Below are positions 26,421 to 39,089 of a stretch of DNA of 64,000 nucleotides, piece after piece. The stretch is from Entomortierella parvispora E1425 (Eukaryota > Fungi > Mortierellomycota). The position numbers and the translations under genes were made by a program. The notes beneath the pieces are model-generated. The model was not told the DNA's origin. It was given only the letters and a program-made list of their open reading frames with translations, and did no database searches. The stretch covers positions 248,001 to 312,000 of the forward strand of contig BQFW01000003.1 of NCBI GenBank assembly GCA_020891255.1, in the 5' to 3' direction. Within the stretch, counting starts at the first letter, position 1. Every line of letters starts with the position of its first letter.

Positions 26421-28642
26421 TGCCAACATGAAACGCCGTCGACCAAACACGAGAGTCATAGTAGTCAATGGGCAGCCAACTAGGACAACTATCGCACCGA
26501 ATTGACCACAGGTCTCTTTTCAATTGTCCATGCAAAAATCGACCAGAAGAGGCCAATCGTTTTTTTTGTTCATGAGTGGATCTGTTTAATTACCATGGAT
26601 ATTGATCGATCCAATGTTTGACAAATACAACACAGATTCCTTTGATTCTTGAAAACAAATCCTTTTGGCACGAGTGGTCCTTCAGCAAAACAAGGGTTTC
26701 GAAATGTACGCCTGGGCATGGAGGATCTAGTTCGGACTACAAAAGATATTGAAAATACCAGCGGCGAAGAGTCGATGAAACTGTTAGCTTCTATCTCGCA
26801 GCTCCTATTGCGTTTGACCCTTGAGGACAAGAACTAAATACAACTTACTCGCTGAATGGATGAATGGAAAGAAACCACCGGCAGCAAAACAAAAAACTCA
26901 AACTTACTTGCTGAAATTGTAAAACGAAAATACCAGCGGAAGGTATATCCTATTGTTAGTTGGTGTTCGGGACTATTGCATGTTTTTCCTTGAGTGTATG
27001 TTCATGGACTCGACTCCGTATGAGATGGAATAGAACACCGCAAAATGGAAAAAAGAGACATCAGAAATAGTACTCATAGGTCTCATCAATTCCTGCACTG
27101 ATTTGGTCATAGTGTATCCGGTCTTCTTGCTGCAGTGATAGGAATATCATCCTCATTTCTCCTTCAAGATACTGGGGGGGGGCGGGGGAGGGGTCTTTTG
27201 AAAGTGAGAAGACTATCCAACTTGCTCGCTGATAGATTAGAATGAGAGATCCGGATATGATCATGGCATTACTGATGATATCCTTGACAGCCAGTACAAG
27301 ATCCAACTTACAGGCTAATTGAGAGGAGCGGATAGGTGCTCCCTAATCCGTGTGCAGGTCTCGGTTCTCGGTGGCAGTCATGGCAGTCGTGGCTGCAAAA
27401 CTAGGTAATGAATGAAAAGGATAAAAGGATTGAAAGACGAGAGAAAAAAAGAGAGAGGTTGTGTCTGCTTTGTGCGAACAGTTCCTTTCTTGGTTTTTGC
27501 GTGGCCCAAGCTTTGATATCGAGGCACGGACGTGATGCGGGGAAGAAGAACTAGACGCGTGCGTCTGGCAAGAGAAGGACACGACTTTTTCTTTGATTTC
27601 CTCTTCCCTACGCCCTCCCTCTCTTTTCTTTCGTCTTCAGTTTAATTCAGGCAAATGACCTCCTCCTTCTCCTCCCGTGGACAGCTATGAACGAGATCGG
27701 TATCCTGAGGTAGGTCACTGTCAACATAAGATGTGTACATTCTCGCTTGAGTCTCATATCCTCAGCCATAAAGTGCTCCCAAGGACCTCGTCAACTTCGG
27801 TTTCTAGCAAGGCACTGGAATCACAAGCTGGAGAAAGGTGAAGGACATGCTCCTCTAGACTCCTCCATGACATCAATGGCACTGGCGATAAAGACGATGT
27901 CTGAGGATACAACTGGTGTGAAGCAGGCTTCTTCTCTGGCGAAAGATAGGCCCAGAGTTTGCAGCGGGGAAAATCAGTGCGAAAGAAATCTAGGATAAAA
28001 ATAAAGAATAGCTAATAATAAAAAAAGGGGCCTGGGCACAAAAGTTGATCCCCACGTCTGGTGTCTCTCTGCGCACCAAAAAGAGAATCTTGGTCAATGG
28101 CAAACCGATTGCTGCAGAGGAGGACGCGTCTTGCTTCTCTGCCTCGACTGGAGATGAGCATGTCTCTACTGCGTCGCACCAGAGGGTATGATAAAAATAA
28201 GAAAGCAAAGGGACAGGATGTCGCCATGTGCAGCGGGCAAGGTGCGACACAAGGAAGCGAGGCTGTGGAACAACACGTTGACAACACAACACATCAGGGA
28301 AAACAGGAAGAGAGGGAAAAAAGGAGACAACGGCTCCCGGCTGTCCGTCGTCTGTCTCCAACGCCAAGAGATTTGTGGTCAGGGTCCGACTGCGTGGGGA
28401 AGAAAGACGGATCTGCTCCGTCCGAAAAGGAAATAGGCGCAGGTCGACTTTCTCTTTTTTTTTTTTCCTTTCTTCCTTGGCTTGCCTCTTCTCATTCATT
28501 CATTCCTTTGCTCGAGCCATTCTTTCCTTCTTTCCTTCCTTCCCTCCTTCCCTCTCTTTACTCCCTCTCTTGCATTCGACTCTTCATTCAGCCCTACCTC
28601 AACTCAACCTCAACTTAAACAGCCCCCCTTCTTTCTTTCCCT

Positions 28643-31217
28643 ATGGATAACCATGGGTACCCCGAGGACCGCAAGGATCCTGCGGTCGTTGTCGATATGA
28701 ACGACCAGGAGGATGTGCCCCCTCCTCCTTTCCAGGACGAGGCCACCGAACCTCTTCTCAGCCAAGAGGAAAAGGCTCCTGTCAAGAGTGACCAGGACCC
28801 CCTTTCCCAAGAGGAACAGGCTGACCAGCCCCGCCGACTTGGACGGTGCTTGTTCAGACACCTGCGTGCCCGCCGTGAGGAACGCCGCTGCACCAGCGAA
28901 CAGCGGGCTCAGTGTAAATGGAAGAATGCAATATGAACGATATGAATGAAGGATATGAAAGCAAAAAGCGACAGCCGCAGGGATAGGGCCTTAGATTGGG
29001 TGATCATCGTTCTTCCTTGCTCGCTCCTCGTTCCGTCTTCCGGAACAAATCTCGACTGGACTCTTTTTTATCTGAGCCAAACACCTTTCTCTGTCATTCC
29101 TTCCCGCACAGCGACGCTGCAACGTGGAGGTGCTTTGTTCGTTTGTAGGAGACAAAGCACCCTGCTGGTCGCATCATCATAGGACTTTTCTCGACTTTCT
29201 CTACCGCTACGCCTTGACATCATGCACTAACGCGAAATGATCTGCATCTGTCCATATCCATCTAGGCAAGAGCAAGGCGAAAAAGTTCTTCCGAGGCTTC
29301 TTCAGACGTCTCTTTGCCGTCCTCCTCATCGCCTGGGTCTACCTCAACTTCTTTGCCGAGAACGAGGAAGAGAACAGCTACGACCTCGATTTCGACACTG
29401 AAGCCTATTCTGACTTCCCCAACAAATGGAACAAAGGTCCCATTCCCGGCTACGATGCTGCAACTGGACTCTACTATGGAGCGCCCGTCGAAGACTTTAC
29501 CCTGAACGCCGACGATGAATGCCGAAAGGAGCAGGTCCCCTGGGATGGCCCCTCCGAGATTCTGGCCAACAGTGAGCTCTTCAACCTGAACATTGGCGTT
29601 GGAAAGGGCAACATCGTCTCCAACTTTGTCCTCAAGACCAGTCACCATGTTCAGCTGCCCACCATCTTTATTCGTGCCAACGTGACCAAGATCCGTACTG
29701 GTGACGATGACGGTGATGAGGATGAGGATGAGGGCGATGTCAAGGAGTTCAAGCGCTTTTTCCGCCGTGCCGTCCGTAGCCGTAGAGGAGATAACGGTGA
29801 CGATGAAGATGACGATGATGATGATGATGATGATGACGAGGACAAGACCCAAGGTCTTCACCTCAAATTGACCGAGTCTGGTGACAAGTTGGACCTCCAG
29901 TTCTGGGCCGATGCTTATATCCGTCCTGACAACGGCGATGACACCCCTCCTAAGGGACCTGGACACAAGCACCCTCACAGACACCATCGCAAACACCACC
30001 GTAAGCACCACCGCAAGCATCATCGCAAGCACGGAAAACACGGAAACCACGGCAGACGCCATCACCGTAAGCACCACGACCGCGATGAGGGCGAGGAAGA
30101 AGAGCTGGAGCGTATGATGAGCATGATGATGAGAAAGAAACGTGACGACGGTTACTATGCCATGGACGACGATGCCGAATCCGAGGAGCGTGGCCAAAAG
30201 TTCTGCGCCAGTCTCGATGTCGAGGTTGTGTTCCCCGCTCATACCAAAACTTTTGGTACTGTCACCATTGGAGGCGTCATTGCGTCTATCAAGACAGAGG
30301 ACTCCCTGGGCCACTTGGTCTTTGAAAATCTGGAACTGCACTCTGTGGTCGGAGGTCTGGAGACTGTTGGTGCCTTGAGGGCCAATGTCTTTAACGCCGG
30401 CGTTGTTGCTGGTGCTGTGACAATCGAGTCCATTGAGGCCGGTACTGGTCAGCCCCTAAATGCCCGCATCCAGTCCACTGGTGGAAATATCGAGGTGAAG
30501 GCCAAGACCGGATTTGTCTATGTGGAGGACCCCGAAGATGATGACGGCGAGGACGATGGCGAGGACGATGGCGAGGACGATGAAGGATACGTGGCTCCCG
30601 CTCATTCTTTGGTTGTGAGCTCGCTTGCAGGAACAATTGACGCCAATGTGGCCATCATTGAAGATGAAACCCTGTCCTCAGAGAAACGTTCAGTCCCAGG
30701 AGAACTGAGTGTTCGCACTGGCTCGTCCGTAGGACGAGTCTTTACCCGCGTTGATCTGGTGAAGGGTCGAAACCTGTATCTTAACTCTGGTAGCGCCAGT
30801 GGCGATGTTGCCGCCATTATCGTAAGTGATTCTTCCTTTACCCCTGCTTATCTGTCATTCCATTTGTTCATCTGTGTCAATCCATATCTAACTCTGGTTC
30901 TGTCCACTTTTTCCTCTCTCTCTTCCCCTTTTTTTTCTTTTTTTACACCGTAGGCTGACAACTTCCTCGGCGAGTTTGATGTCAAGGCTCTGTTGGGCTC
31001 GACTAGCGTCGAGGAGGCAGGATCGAGCCCAAGTGTCATCGAGTACGAGAAATCAACGACTCACATCAAGAAGGGTCGCAAGGTGATTCGCAATGAGGAC
31101 GACGACGACACCCCTGGACCTTTGGGTGGTCGAATTGAGGTTGGAACGACCTTTGGTCAAGCTGCGCTCCAGTTCATTGACGGCGAGGATGACATGTGGA
31201 AGGCTGACAAGATTTAA
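28643..31217 (+). CDS. Type II membrane protein with an adhesin/DUF4097-like beta-repeat ectodomain, exons 28643-28913, 29266-30821, 30954-31217
   Basis: Cytosolic N-terminus with PPPF, one TM segment (LFAVLLIAWVYLNFF), repeated short strand motifs (SVVGGL, VVAGAV, STGGNI, SLAGTI, SSVGRV, SASGDV), acidic and His-rich blocks. Confidence 0.6.
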
Positions 31218-31427
31218 AAAAAAAGATAGCAACAATTTACGACATATGTAACGACCCCACTGCGTGCAGGATTCTCCCTTTCATTTGAACCTGCAAAGCC
31301 CTCTTTGCAAGGGATCATGAGAAGTCACGCCATTTTTGATTCAGAAAAAATAAAATAAAAAAAAATCCAAAGCCATCTTTGGTTCTTTCATTCTTTTGCT
31401 CCGCATTCATTTTTCATTTCATTTACC

Positions 31428-32826
31428 ATGGCTTCGTACTTGGCAAGTGCCTCTCCCTCCGCCTCCCACTCATTAACCTCTTCTTTTGCTAATGCCCTTG
31501 GCTTTTGCTGTCGTTTGATCAACTGCTCCCCCTGCTTTTGACATTTACACAAAGTCCCTTCCCCCCCCCCCCACCAAAAAAAAAAAAAAAAAAAAAACTG
31601 AAAACTGACCAGGAACCATCCTTCTACTGCCTTTCTCTCCCTTGTTGCCGCTTCTTTTCTTCTCCCTCTTGAACAGCCCGTCAAGATTGCCGTTATCGGC
31701 GGTAGTGGACTCTACAACCTCGAGGGTATCGAGTTTGTTGCCGAGGTCAACCCTGACACTGTAAGGAAAAACCCAACCCAAACTCCACTCACCCCGCTCT
31801 CCTCCCGCTTGTCCATAGACAATGAAACCTCATGAACACGAGCCAATTGAACTACTGCGCTCTTGTGCATGGGCGCCGTTCCTTGTGTTTGTCCGTTCTC
31901 GTTCATCCCTTCCTCTGACCGATCATTCCCTCCAAAAGCCGATCCTCATTCTTTTGATTTATTTATGATCTATAATCTTGACGCACCTTTTCTTCTGGAT
32001 ACCTCTTCTTCTTCTCTCAAAAAAGCCTTGGGGCAAGCCTAGCGATGCCATCACCATTGCCCGCACTGCTGACGGTACCCACGTTGCCTTCTTGGCCCGC
32101 CACGGCCGTGGCCACTACCTCACCCCTACCGAGGTCCCCTCCCGCGCCAACATGGCCGCCTTGAAGTCCCTCGGTGTCGAGGCCATCCTCGCCTTCTCGG
32201 CCGTCGGTTCCCTTCGTGAGGAGCTCGCCCCTCGCGATTTCATCCTCCCCTCCCAGATCATTGACCGCACCAAGGGAATCCGTCCCAGCACCTTCTTTGA
32301 GGACGGTATCGTCGCCCACGCCATGTTTGCCGATCCCTTCTCCAAGGTCTTGGAGCAGGTCATCTGGGACCAGCGTGATGTCCTCGAGGGCGGAAAGTTC
32401 CACAAGGACAAGACCTTGATCTGCATGGAGGGCCCCCAGTTCTCGACCCGTGCCGAGTCAAACATGTACCGTTCCTTTGGCGCCGACGTGATCAACATGT
32501 CGGCCTTGCCCGAGGCCAAGTTGGCCCGTGAGGCCGAGATGGCCTACCAGATGATTTGCATGTCGACCGATTACGACTGCTGGAAAGAGCATGAGGTCGC
32601 CGTCACCGTCGAGGCCGTCGTCGCCAACTTGAACGCCAACTCGGCCAATGCCCAAAGAGTCCTCAAGGCCATCTTGCCCGGTGTCCGCAAGGTCGTCGAG
32701 GACGGCTCCGTCCTCGAGGGCTTGAAGGGAAGCATGCGCTTCGCCTGCATGACCGCGCCTGCTAAACGCTCCAAGGCCGCTGTGGAGAAGCTGGAGTTTT
32801 TGTTGCCCGGCTACTATACCGTTTAG
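31428..32826 (+). CDS. MEU1: S-methyl-5'-thioadenosine phosphorylase, exons 31428-31442 (tentative, GC donor), 31677-31760, 32026-32826
   Basis: IAVIGGSGLY, TPWGKPSD, FLARHGRGH, QIIDRT, EGPQFSTRAES, MSTDYDCW. The start exon is less certain than the rest. Confidence 0.92.
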
Positions 32827-33440
32827 AAGAAGAGGATGAAAAAAAAAAATTACCACGTACATGTAGAAGAATAAATGAAAGATGAATAGACATCATTCCC
32901 AAATGGCTCAAGAGCTACTGTATCTTTGATTGAGGACTTTATTTGTTGATTTTCCCGCTTTGACAAAAAGAGAGAATGTGTCAAGGGCAAGAAAAAAAAC
33001 CTGGAGAGATTGCTTAACCAGTAGGCCCTTCAGTCCAGTTTACAACAGGGGTCCTCAAATATCGGACTTATTAGTTTGGTAGAGAAAAGAAACAGAGGAA
33101 GGAATATATAAAGAACGAAAGGCAGACGAGACTCATTCTAACATGGAGTGGAGACCCAAGTCCTGGAAGAAGAAAAGAGGGAAAGAGGTTGAAGATGAAG
33201 GGTGTTGAGAAGGCCGGTTTGTTTGGTATCATGGGGGTGGAGCTTTAAAAAAAAAAAAAAAAAGGGGTCGAGAAACGCCTCCATATTGTCCCTGCCTGCG
33301 GTCTCTACTTTTTTTTTCTTTGTTTTCTGGTATTTTCTGGTTGTTATTGGTTGGGTTGCCTGCTTATCGAGCCGTGGAAAGAAAAACGACGCACAAGTGG
33401 GGAAGGAAAGGGAGGCAGAATACTGGAAACTACCTGGTCT

Positions 33441-35805
33441 CTAGTGGTGCGGCTGTTGCTGCTGCTGGGATCCACTCTCCTTCAAGGCGAGCAACTGTTT
33501 GGAGCGGAAAGACTCGTAGTGGATCATGGCGGTGGTTTCGATCAAATCCTGGAGGTGAGTGCGCGTCAGGAAGTTGCGGAGGTGGATGAACTCGCAGTGG
33601 TTCTCGTTCTCGACTATGTCGTTGCCACCAAATTCGAGTTAGTTTTTCTGACCCAAAATGAATCTCGATCAAACACAAAAAGAAAAAGGTCGAGCCATAC
33701 CATTAATAACTCCCCAGCGGTTCTGGCGACCACGGACAGTCTTTCCATCAACGACGATGGTCTTTTCTGATCCAACAACGGCAAAGGGAATCAAGTCCTG
33801 AATGCTCTCGTTCAAGGCGTTGTCCTGCTCGTCATCCTCGTCAGATCCGTAAGGGTATAAGTTGATGTTGTGGAAGGCCATCTCTTCCTTGATCTAATTA
33901 CACAGAGCACATTTAGGAATGTATTAAGAACAGAAATTCAGACATAAATAGAACCACCGTGCTCACGCCATGCTGTGCATGCAGTATACTTACGCGGTGC
34001 TTGAAAGCAATGCGCTCCTCGATCGTCAAAGAGTCCGACTTGGCAATGACGGGGACGACATTGACAACCTCGGTCAGCTTCTTGAGGACGACAATGTCAA
34101 TGGGCTTCAATCTGCAAAAAATTAACGTGTCAGAACAAACGTTAGTGCTGATACCCCTCATTTTCCAACCACAAAAGGGGTTATTCCATCCAATTGCACA
34201 TACGAGTGGCCGGTGGGGGAGATGAAGAACAGGCAGCAGTGGATACGAGTATCCTGGATGAAGCGATCACGCATGGCGGTCAACTCCTTGCGAAGGAAGG
34301 ACGAGTGCTGGTCCTTGATGTACTTGATGATGGGCTCCCAGCTGAAACAAAAAACACGGTGTCAGTCCTCGGATTCAAAACCATGGGTGATCCAAACCAC
34401 TTCAAGATTCTGCATGCATGACGGCTCAGTGCTCCAGTGCTTACCAGTTCTCGTTGTTAACCTGGTCACCATATCCAGGGGTATCGACAATGTTGAGTCT
34501 CAGCTTGACACCGTTCTCAACGACGGCTAGAATCAGTAAAGTGCAAATTCGGTTAGGCCATTGTGAGCATCAAAAGTCCACCCAAAAAAAGAAAAAGAAA
34601 AAGTTCAAGTGAACAGGGGTGGACCGCCACTGTCTGGTCCCATTCCATCAATGGCCATCGTGGAACGGACGATCACAACCACGGTAACGCTTCTATCTCT
34701 GCAAGGACAAGGCAGACCAGGATGCGAGAGTGAAAGAAAAGGAAGGGCGAGCCCCGCGGCTCTCAATCTCCCTATCCCAAAATTGTCTCTTGTCTGAAAA
34801 GAGGCTCCTTGCTCTTGTTTTCCTTCTCATTTTTTTGGATCCTGTTAGAGTGGGTCGAACTGTTCCCTCCTGAATCCTGTCTCCTGCAAGGTGGCTACGG
34901 CTGCCTTTGTCCCTTTTCCCTTTTTTTTGGTGTTGATGTTGATTCCAGGCAGGCTGGGAACTCTTTTTGCATCGCTCAGTCTTTGCTCTGCTTTGCCTGG
35001 CTCAAAGTTCCCGCCTTACAGGGCAGAGGACAACTCACAGAGCCAACAAGCGTCAAATTTGGGATAAAATAAAGGCGAGAGCCCAGTCGGAAATAAAGCG
35101 AGAGTGCATCAATCAAGAACATAAAGTGAAAGAATTCGAGAGAAAAAGATGAACATATCCACGCGCGCGCGCGCGCCATGGGCCGTTGTCCGTGTCGAAA
35201 AGAGTCGTCGCAAAGAGCCGTTCGGCATTACACCGGATCAAAACAAAACGAGAACCAGGTGGAAGAGCGATCTTTTTGGAAGACAGCAACAGAAAATTGG
35301 AAAATTGGATTCCAACACTTACTCTCGGTGAAGGAGTGGATCTCGACGGTCTGACGAGTAGGCTCGTCAGGCTGGGTACGTCCCTTGGAGTCGATAAGGT
35401 GCGAGGCAAAGATGGTGTTGACAAGGGTGGACTTGCCCAAGCCAGATTGACCTGAAACGTTATCGTTGCAAAGGAGTGAAGGCAATAGGGTCAGAAAAAG
35501 GGCGTTGCCAGGTGGAAACCAAAAAAAGAAAAAGAACATGTACTCACCGACAACCATGACATTGAACTGGAAACCGCGCTTGAGCAACTTCTTCTCAATC
35601 TGGGATGTGATTGAGTCAAAGCCGACATAGCTCTGGAGGATGGGCTATAGAGGAGAGGGAGAGACAGTTAGGGAAGCTGCCCATGTCTGTGCGTTTCAGG
35701 GTGGATGCACAAGAGGCATGTCCTGAATGGTGGCGAGTTGAAAGACAGACAAGGGTTGGGCGGAGGACGAGCAAGTACCTGGGTGGATTCGGCGTCGAGG
35801 CTCAT
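33441..35805 (-). CDS. CDC10: Septin, Cdc10 group, multi-exon
   Basis: YVGFDSITSQIEKKLLKRGFQFNVMVVGQSGLGKSTLVNTIF, DTPGYGD, IPFAVVGSE, RTHLQDLIETT; no C-terminal coiled coil. Confidence 0.9.
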
Positions 35806-36310
35806 TATGTGCTGGTGGGATGAAGGGCGAGTGGAAGAGAAGGATGGAGAAGGGAACGTAGGAGGAAAAGAGAAAGGGAAGGGATGGATGGATGGATGGA
35901 AGAGGGAGGAAAGAAGTCAAGGGAGGAGAACAGAAAAGAGATGATGATGCGTGGAGATGATGATGGCCAAAAATGAAATGCAGTGAGAGGGAGAGGAGGA
36001 GAGGAAGACTGTCGGGTCGCATGTGCTGCGTGTGAGCACACTCTCTTTTCCAGCCTCTGCTTGCTGCTACGCGATTCTTTTTTTTTCTGGTTCATTTTAT
36101 TCATGTGCCTGTTGGCTTATGGACAGCTATTGTTGATACAGATGCTACGACCAGCAGTGCCGGCGGTGTGTGTGTGTGCGTATGAGCGAGGTTTAAATAT
36201 ACAAGGAGTGTGGAGAGTTGAAGTAGAAAGAAAGGGAAATTGGTATGGTATAACATGCGAAACGAGCGAGAAAGATCAAATGCGAAAGAAAAGACAACCG
36301 GGAACGAGAT

Positions 36311-37654
36311 TTAAGAAACCAGCTTGGCTCGAGCCCGTGCCTCGGAAAGTCGGTTCTTCTCGTCTGCTGTGGGATGGATACCATCCTTGCGCTGAGACTT
36401 GACTGAATAGTGGCGCAAAAGCGCGTCTCGACGAACAAAGGGCCGACGGCAAAAATCGCAGGGCCAGTTCGTATCGTTGTGCTTGGAGACCTGATGTCGC
36501 TTCAAGTCGTGAATCCGTCCGAAACGCTCGCGTGGGCATAATTCACAACGATAGCCGTCGTCGGGCACAGGCAAAATCTCACTGGGAATGGGCACTCTCT
36601 CATCCAAAGAACCAGACTCGCGAGGCTTTCGCTTTGGGTATACTTTGGGAGTCTTGGCCGTGGCAGACTTTTTGGCGTGACGGGTAGGCCCTTTACTGGA
36701 ACGACGAGTAGCTCGTTTGACAGGAGTAACAGAGGCTGACTCGTCTTCAAACTCCATGTCCGAAAAGTCATTGCCATCGCCAGAGAGATCATAGTCACCG
36801 TCATCGTCCCGGATAGTCTCTTGCGAACAACTGGAACCAACGCTGGATAGGGTCGAGGAAGAGTCATACCCAGATGCAGCCATGGCCATAAGGTTCGTTT
36901 CCTTCACTTGGCTTGCCTCTGGAGTATCGACACTGTCCAGCATTTCGAAATCGTGGTCACTCAACATCTGCTGCATCTCTGAAGTGATCTCCAAAGGGTC
37001 TGCTGAAAGGATCTCGTCGATCGACACGTTGTACAAGTCTGCTGGGGCCGCAGTCTCGGAGAACTCGGCACCGGGGATCTTGGATCTAGCTACCGTACGG
37101 ACTGCTAGTGCGACTGAGGCTGCACCTTGCCGATGAACAGGGAAGGACTGGGCTCGTTGCTGATCAAACACTTGCTGAAGATCCAAAGTCGAGAAGGTAT
37201 TCCCTTCAAGTCCATAGCTGATTTGACTTTTTGAGTGTTTCGGAGAAAGGCATCCTGCGACCGAGCCGCTATCATCAGATCCGTTCACGATGTTGCAGAG
37301 GCTCATGTAGTTGACGCCAAGTTCGGGGGTGACCTTCCCCTCTCCAAAAGCCGAGGCTAAATCAGAGGCTGGGACGGCAGTATCGACATCCAAAACAGTG
37401 GGCATCCAAGGCGAGGGTGGAGGACTGAGCACCTCATCGAGATCAAGCGAATAGTCGTCAAAGTCAGAGCAGGGGGTGCTTCCGGGAGTATACGCCGTTG
37501 TTGTTGGTGAGGGTAGAGCGGTTTCGTCGCCAACGGAGAGAGTCTGACTTTGGCTTGCCTTGAGGAGGGTCTCTTGGTCAAAGATGGTGGTGTATACATC
37601 GCACAAGGCTCGGGTTGTCTCCCTTTTCAAAGAAGGAACCATGGCCGCGGACAT
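36311..37654 (-). CDS. C2H2 zinc-finger transcription factor-like protein
   Basis: Long ORF with two C-terminal fingers, CELCPRERFGRIHDLKRHQVSKH and CDFCRRPFVRRDALLRH, after an acidic Ser-rich region. Start MSAAMV is assumed. Confidence 0.8.
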   Translation of the reverse strand: MSAAMVPSLKRETTRALCDVYTTIFDQETLLKASQSQTLSVGDETALPSPTTTAYTPGSTPCSDFDDYSLDLDEVLSPPPSPWMPTVLDVDTAVPASDLASAFGEGKVTPELGVNYMSLCNIVNGSDDSGSVAGCLSPKHSKSQISYGLEGNTFSTLDLQQVFDQQRAQSFPVHRQGAASVALAVRTVARSKIPGAEFSETAAPADLYNVSIDEILSADPLEITSEMQQMLSDHDFEMLDSVDTPEASQVKETNLMAMAASGYDSSSTLSSVGSSCSQETIRDDDGDYDLSGDGNDFSDMEFEDESASVTPVKRATRRSSKGPTRHAKKSATAKTPKVYPKRKPRESGSLDERVPIPSEILPVPDDGYRCELCPRERFGRIHDLKRHQVSKHNDTNWPCDFCRRPFVRRDALLRHYSVKSQRKDGIHPTADEKNRLSEARARAKLVS

Positions 37655-38208
37655 TTTTGTCGTTGTCTTGAGAGAGGAGAGGTAGAAACAAGGCGAGAGT
37701 ACGACTAGGTTGATGTTGGGCGTGTTGTCAAGCTTGAAGTTGAGAAGCGAGCAAAGCGTGCGGTGCTGAGAGGATGGGCAGAGCAACGAGAAGAGTGGAG
37801 TGAAAGAAAGAGTGAAGAGAGGATGAAAGGAGAAAAGCGCTCTGCCCTCGCTTTTAAAATGCGGCGAACGTCAAATGAAGTCAAAGCTCCCTTTCCCGAA
37901 ATGGAAACCAAAGCCACCGAACCCGCGGTGCGTTGGTTGGCTGCGAGCACAACAACTGAGCACTTTGGGCCAAATGAACGCCGCCCGATGTCCGACATGT
38001 CAACAGGGACTGGCGCAAAAGGGAACAGAGCCTGTTTGACATCGTCAGCCTCGATTGATCACCGTCGAGACGTCTCGTCTCGTCTCACCGCCGTCACTTT
38101 TTTTTTTTTTTTTTTTTTTTTGCTTTTCAGCGCACTCGGCGCTGGGTCTCGCCCCTTTTCCCCAACCTTCTTCACTCCACCTTCTCGACTTTCCCAACTC
38201 ACCTCCAA

Positions 38209-39089
38209 ATGGCTGCAATCAAAGGCAAAGGACGCAGGACAACACTGACCACAGCGGCAGAGAAGGCTGGGATCACTCCAGACTATTACCAGGAGCTGCA
38301 AGACACCTTCAAGCTCTACGACACAGACTCCACTGGCACACTCTCTGTCAAGAAGCTTCGTCTCGCCATGCGCACTCTTGGCTTTGAGGCTACCACCAAA
38401 GACATTGACCAAATAGTCCAAGCAACATCCATGCTGAGCGTTCATTCTCGGCGGAGGAGACAAACTGAACAACATTCCAAACGGGAAAAGAGCCATGCTA
38501 GCGGTCAGGATCCATCAAAAGCAAAAAGTCGACCCCAAAGGAAAAGCACAAGAGCGGCTGCCATTGCTGCAGCGTTGGATTCTCAGTCAAAATATGCGGA
38601 ACCTGACAGTGAGGATGAAGAACAAGAGAGACAGAGCGGTGATGACTCGGATCCCAATGACGATTTTTACAAGGACACTCGCGATCGGGATCGACGACAA
38701 AGTGGCTCTGCTCTTCCACCAGACGATGACCTCTATTTCACGTTTGATGACTTTGTTCTGATTATGGCACCCAACGAGGCAAGTTTAAAAGCCCTGGCCC
38801 AAACTATTCCCAATGCCTCTCCACAAAAATCTGGCTTGTTTTTTTTATTGATCCTTTGTACAATTTCTAGAGCCAGTATGCGTCGGATGAAGCAGCGCGT
38901 GTGTTCAGTCTCTTTGACACGCAGAACAGAGGAGTCATAGGTATCGAGGATTTACGGCGAGTAGCAGGCGAACTTGGGATACAGATGAAGGATCAGGAAC
39001 TACGCGAGATGATAGAGGAGGCTTCCAAGGACGGTGATGGTGTTACTCAACAGGCGTTTAGCAAGATTATGAAAAAGTGTGGACTATGA
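38209..39089 (+). CDS. Centrin/caltractin-like EF-hand protein with a long charged insertion, exons 38209-38778 and 38871-39089 (GC-AG intron)
   Basis: QELQDTFKLYDTDSTGTLSVKKLRLAMRTLGFE, FTFDDFVLIM, FSLFDTQNRGVIGIEDLRRVAGELG, ELREMIEEA..DGDG. Confidence 0.75.

Noticed and set aside
29262-30341. Long antisense ORFs (also 17248-18006, 10786-11418, 40089-40970, 54545-55078)
   Set aside because: These are shadow ORFs opposite codon-biased genes with recognisable motifs.
35162-35176. (CG)n run in a CDC10 intron (potential Z-DNA)
   Set aside because: A short simple repeat in a microsatellite-rich genome, with no supporting evidence.
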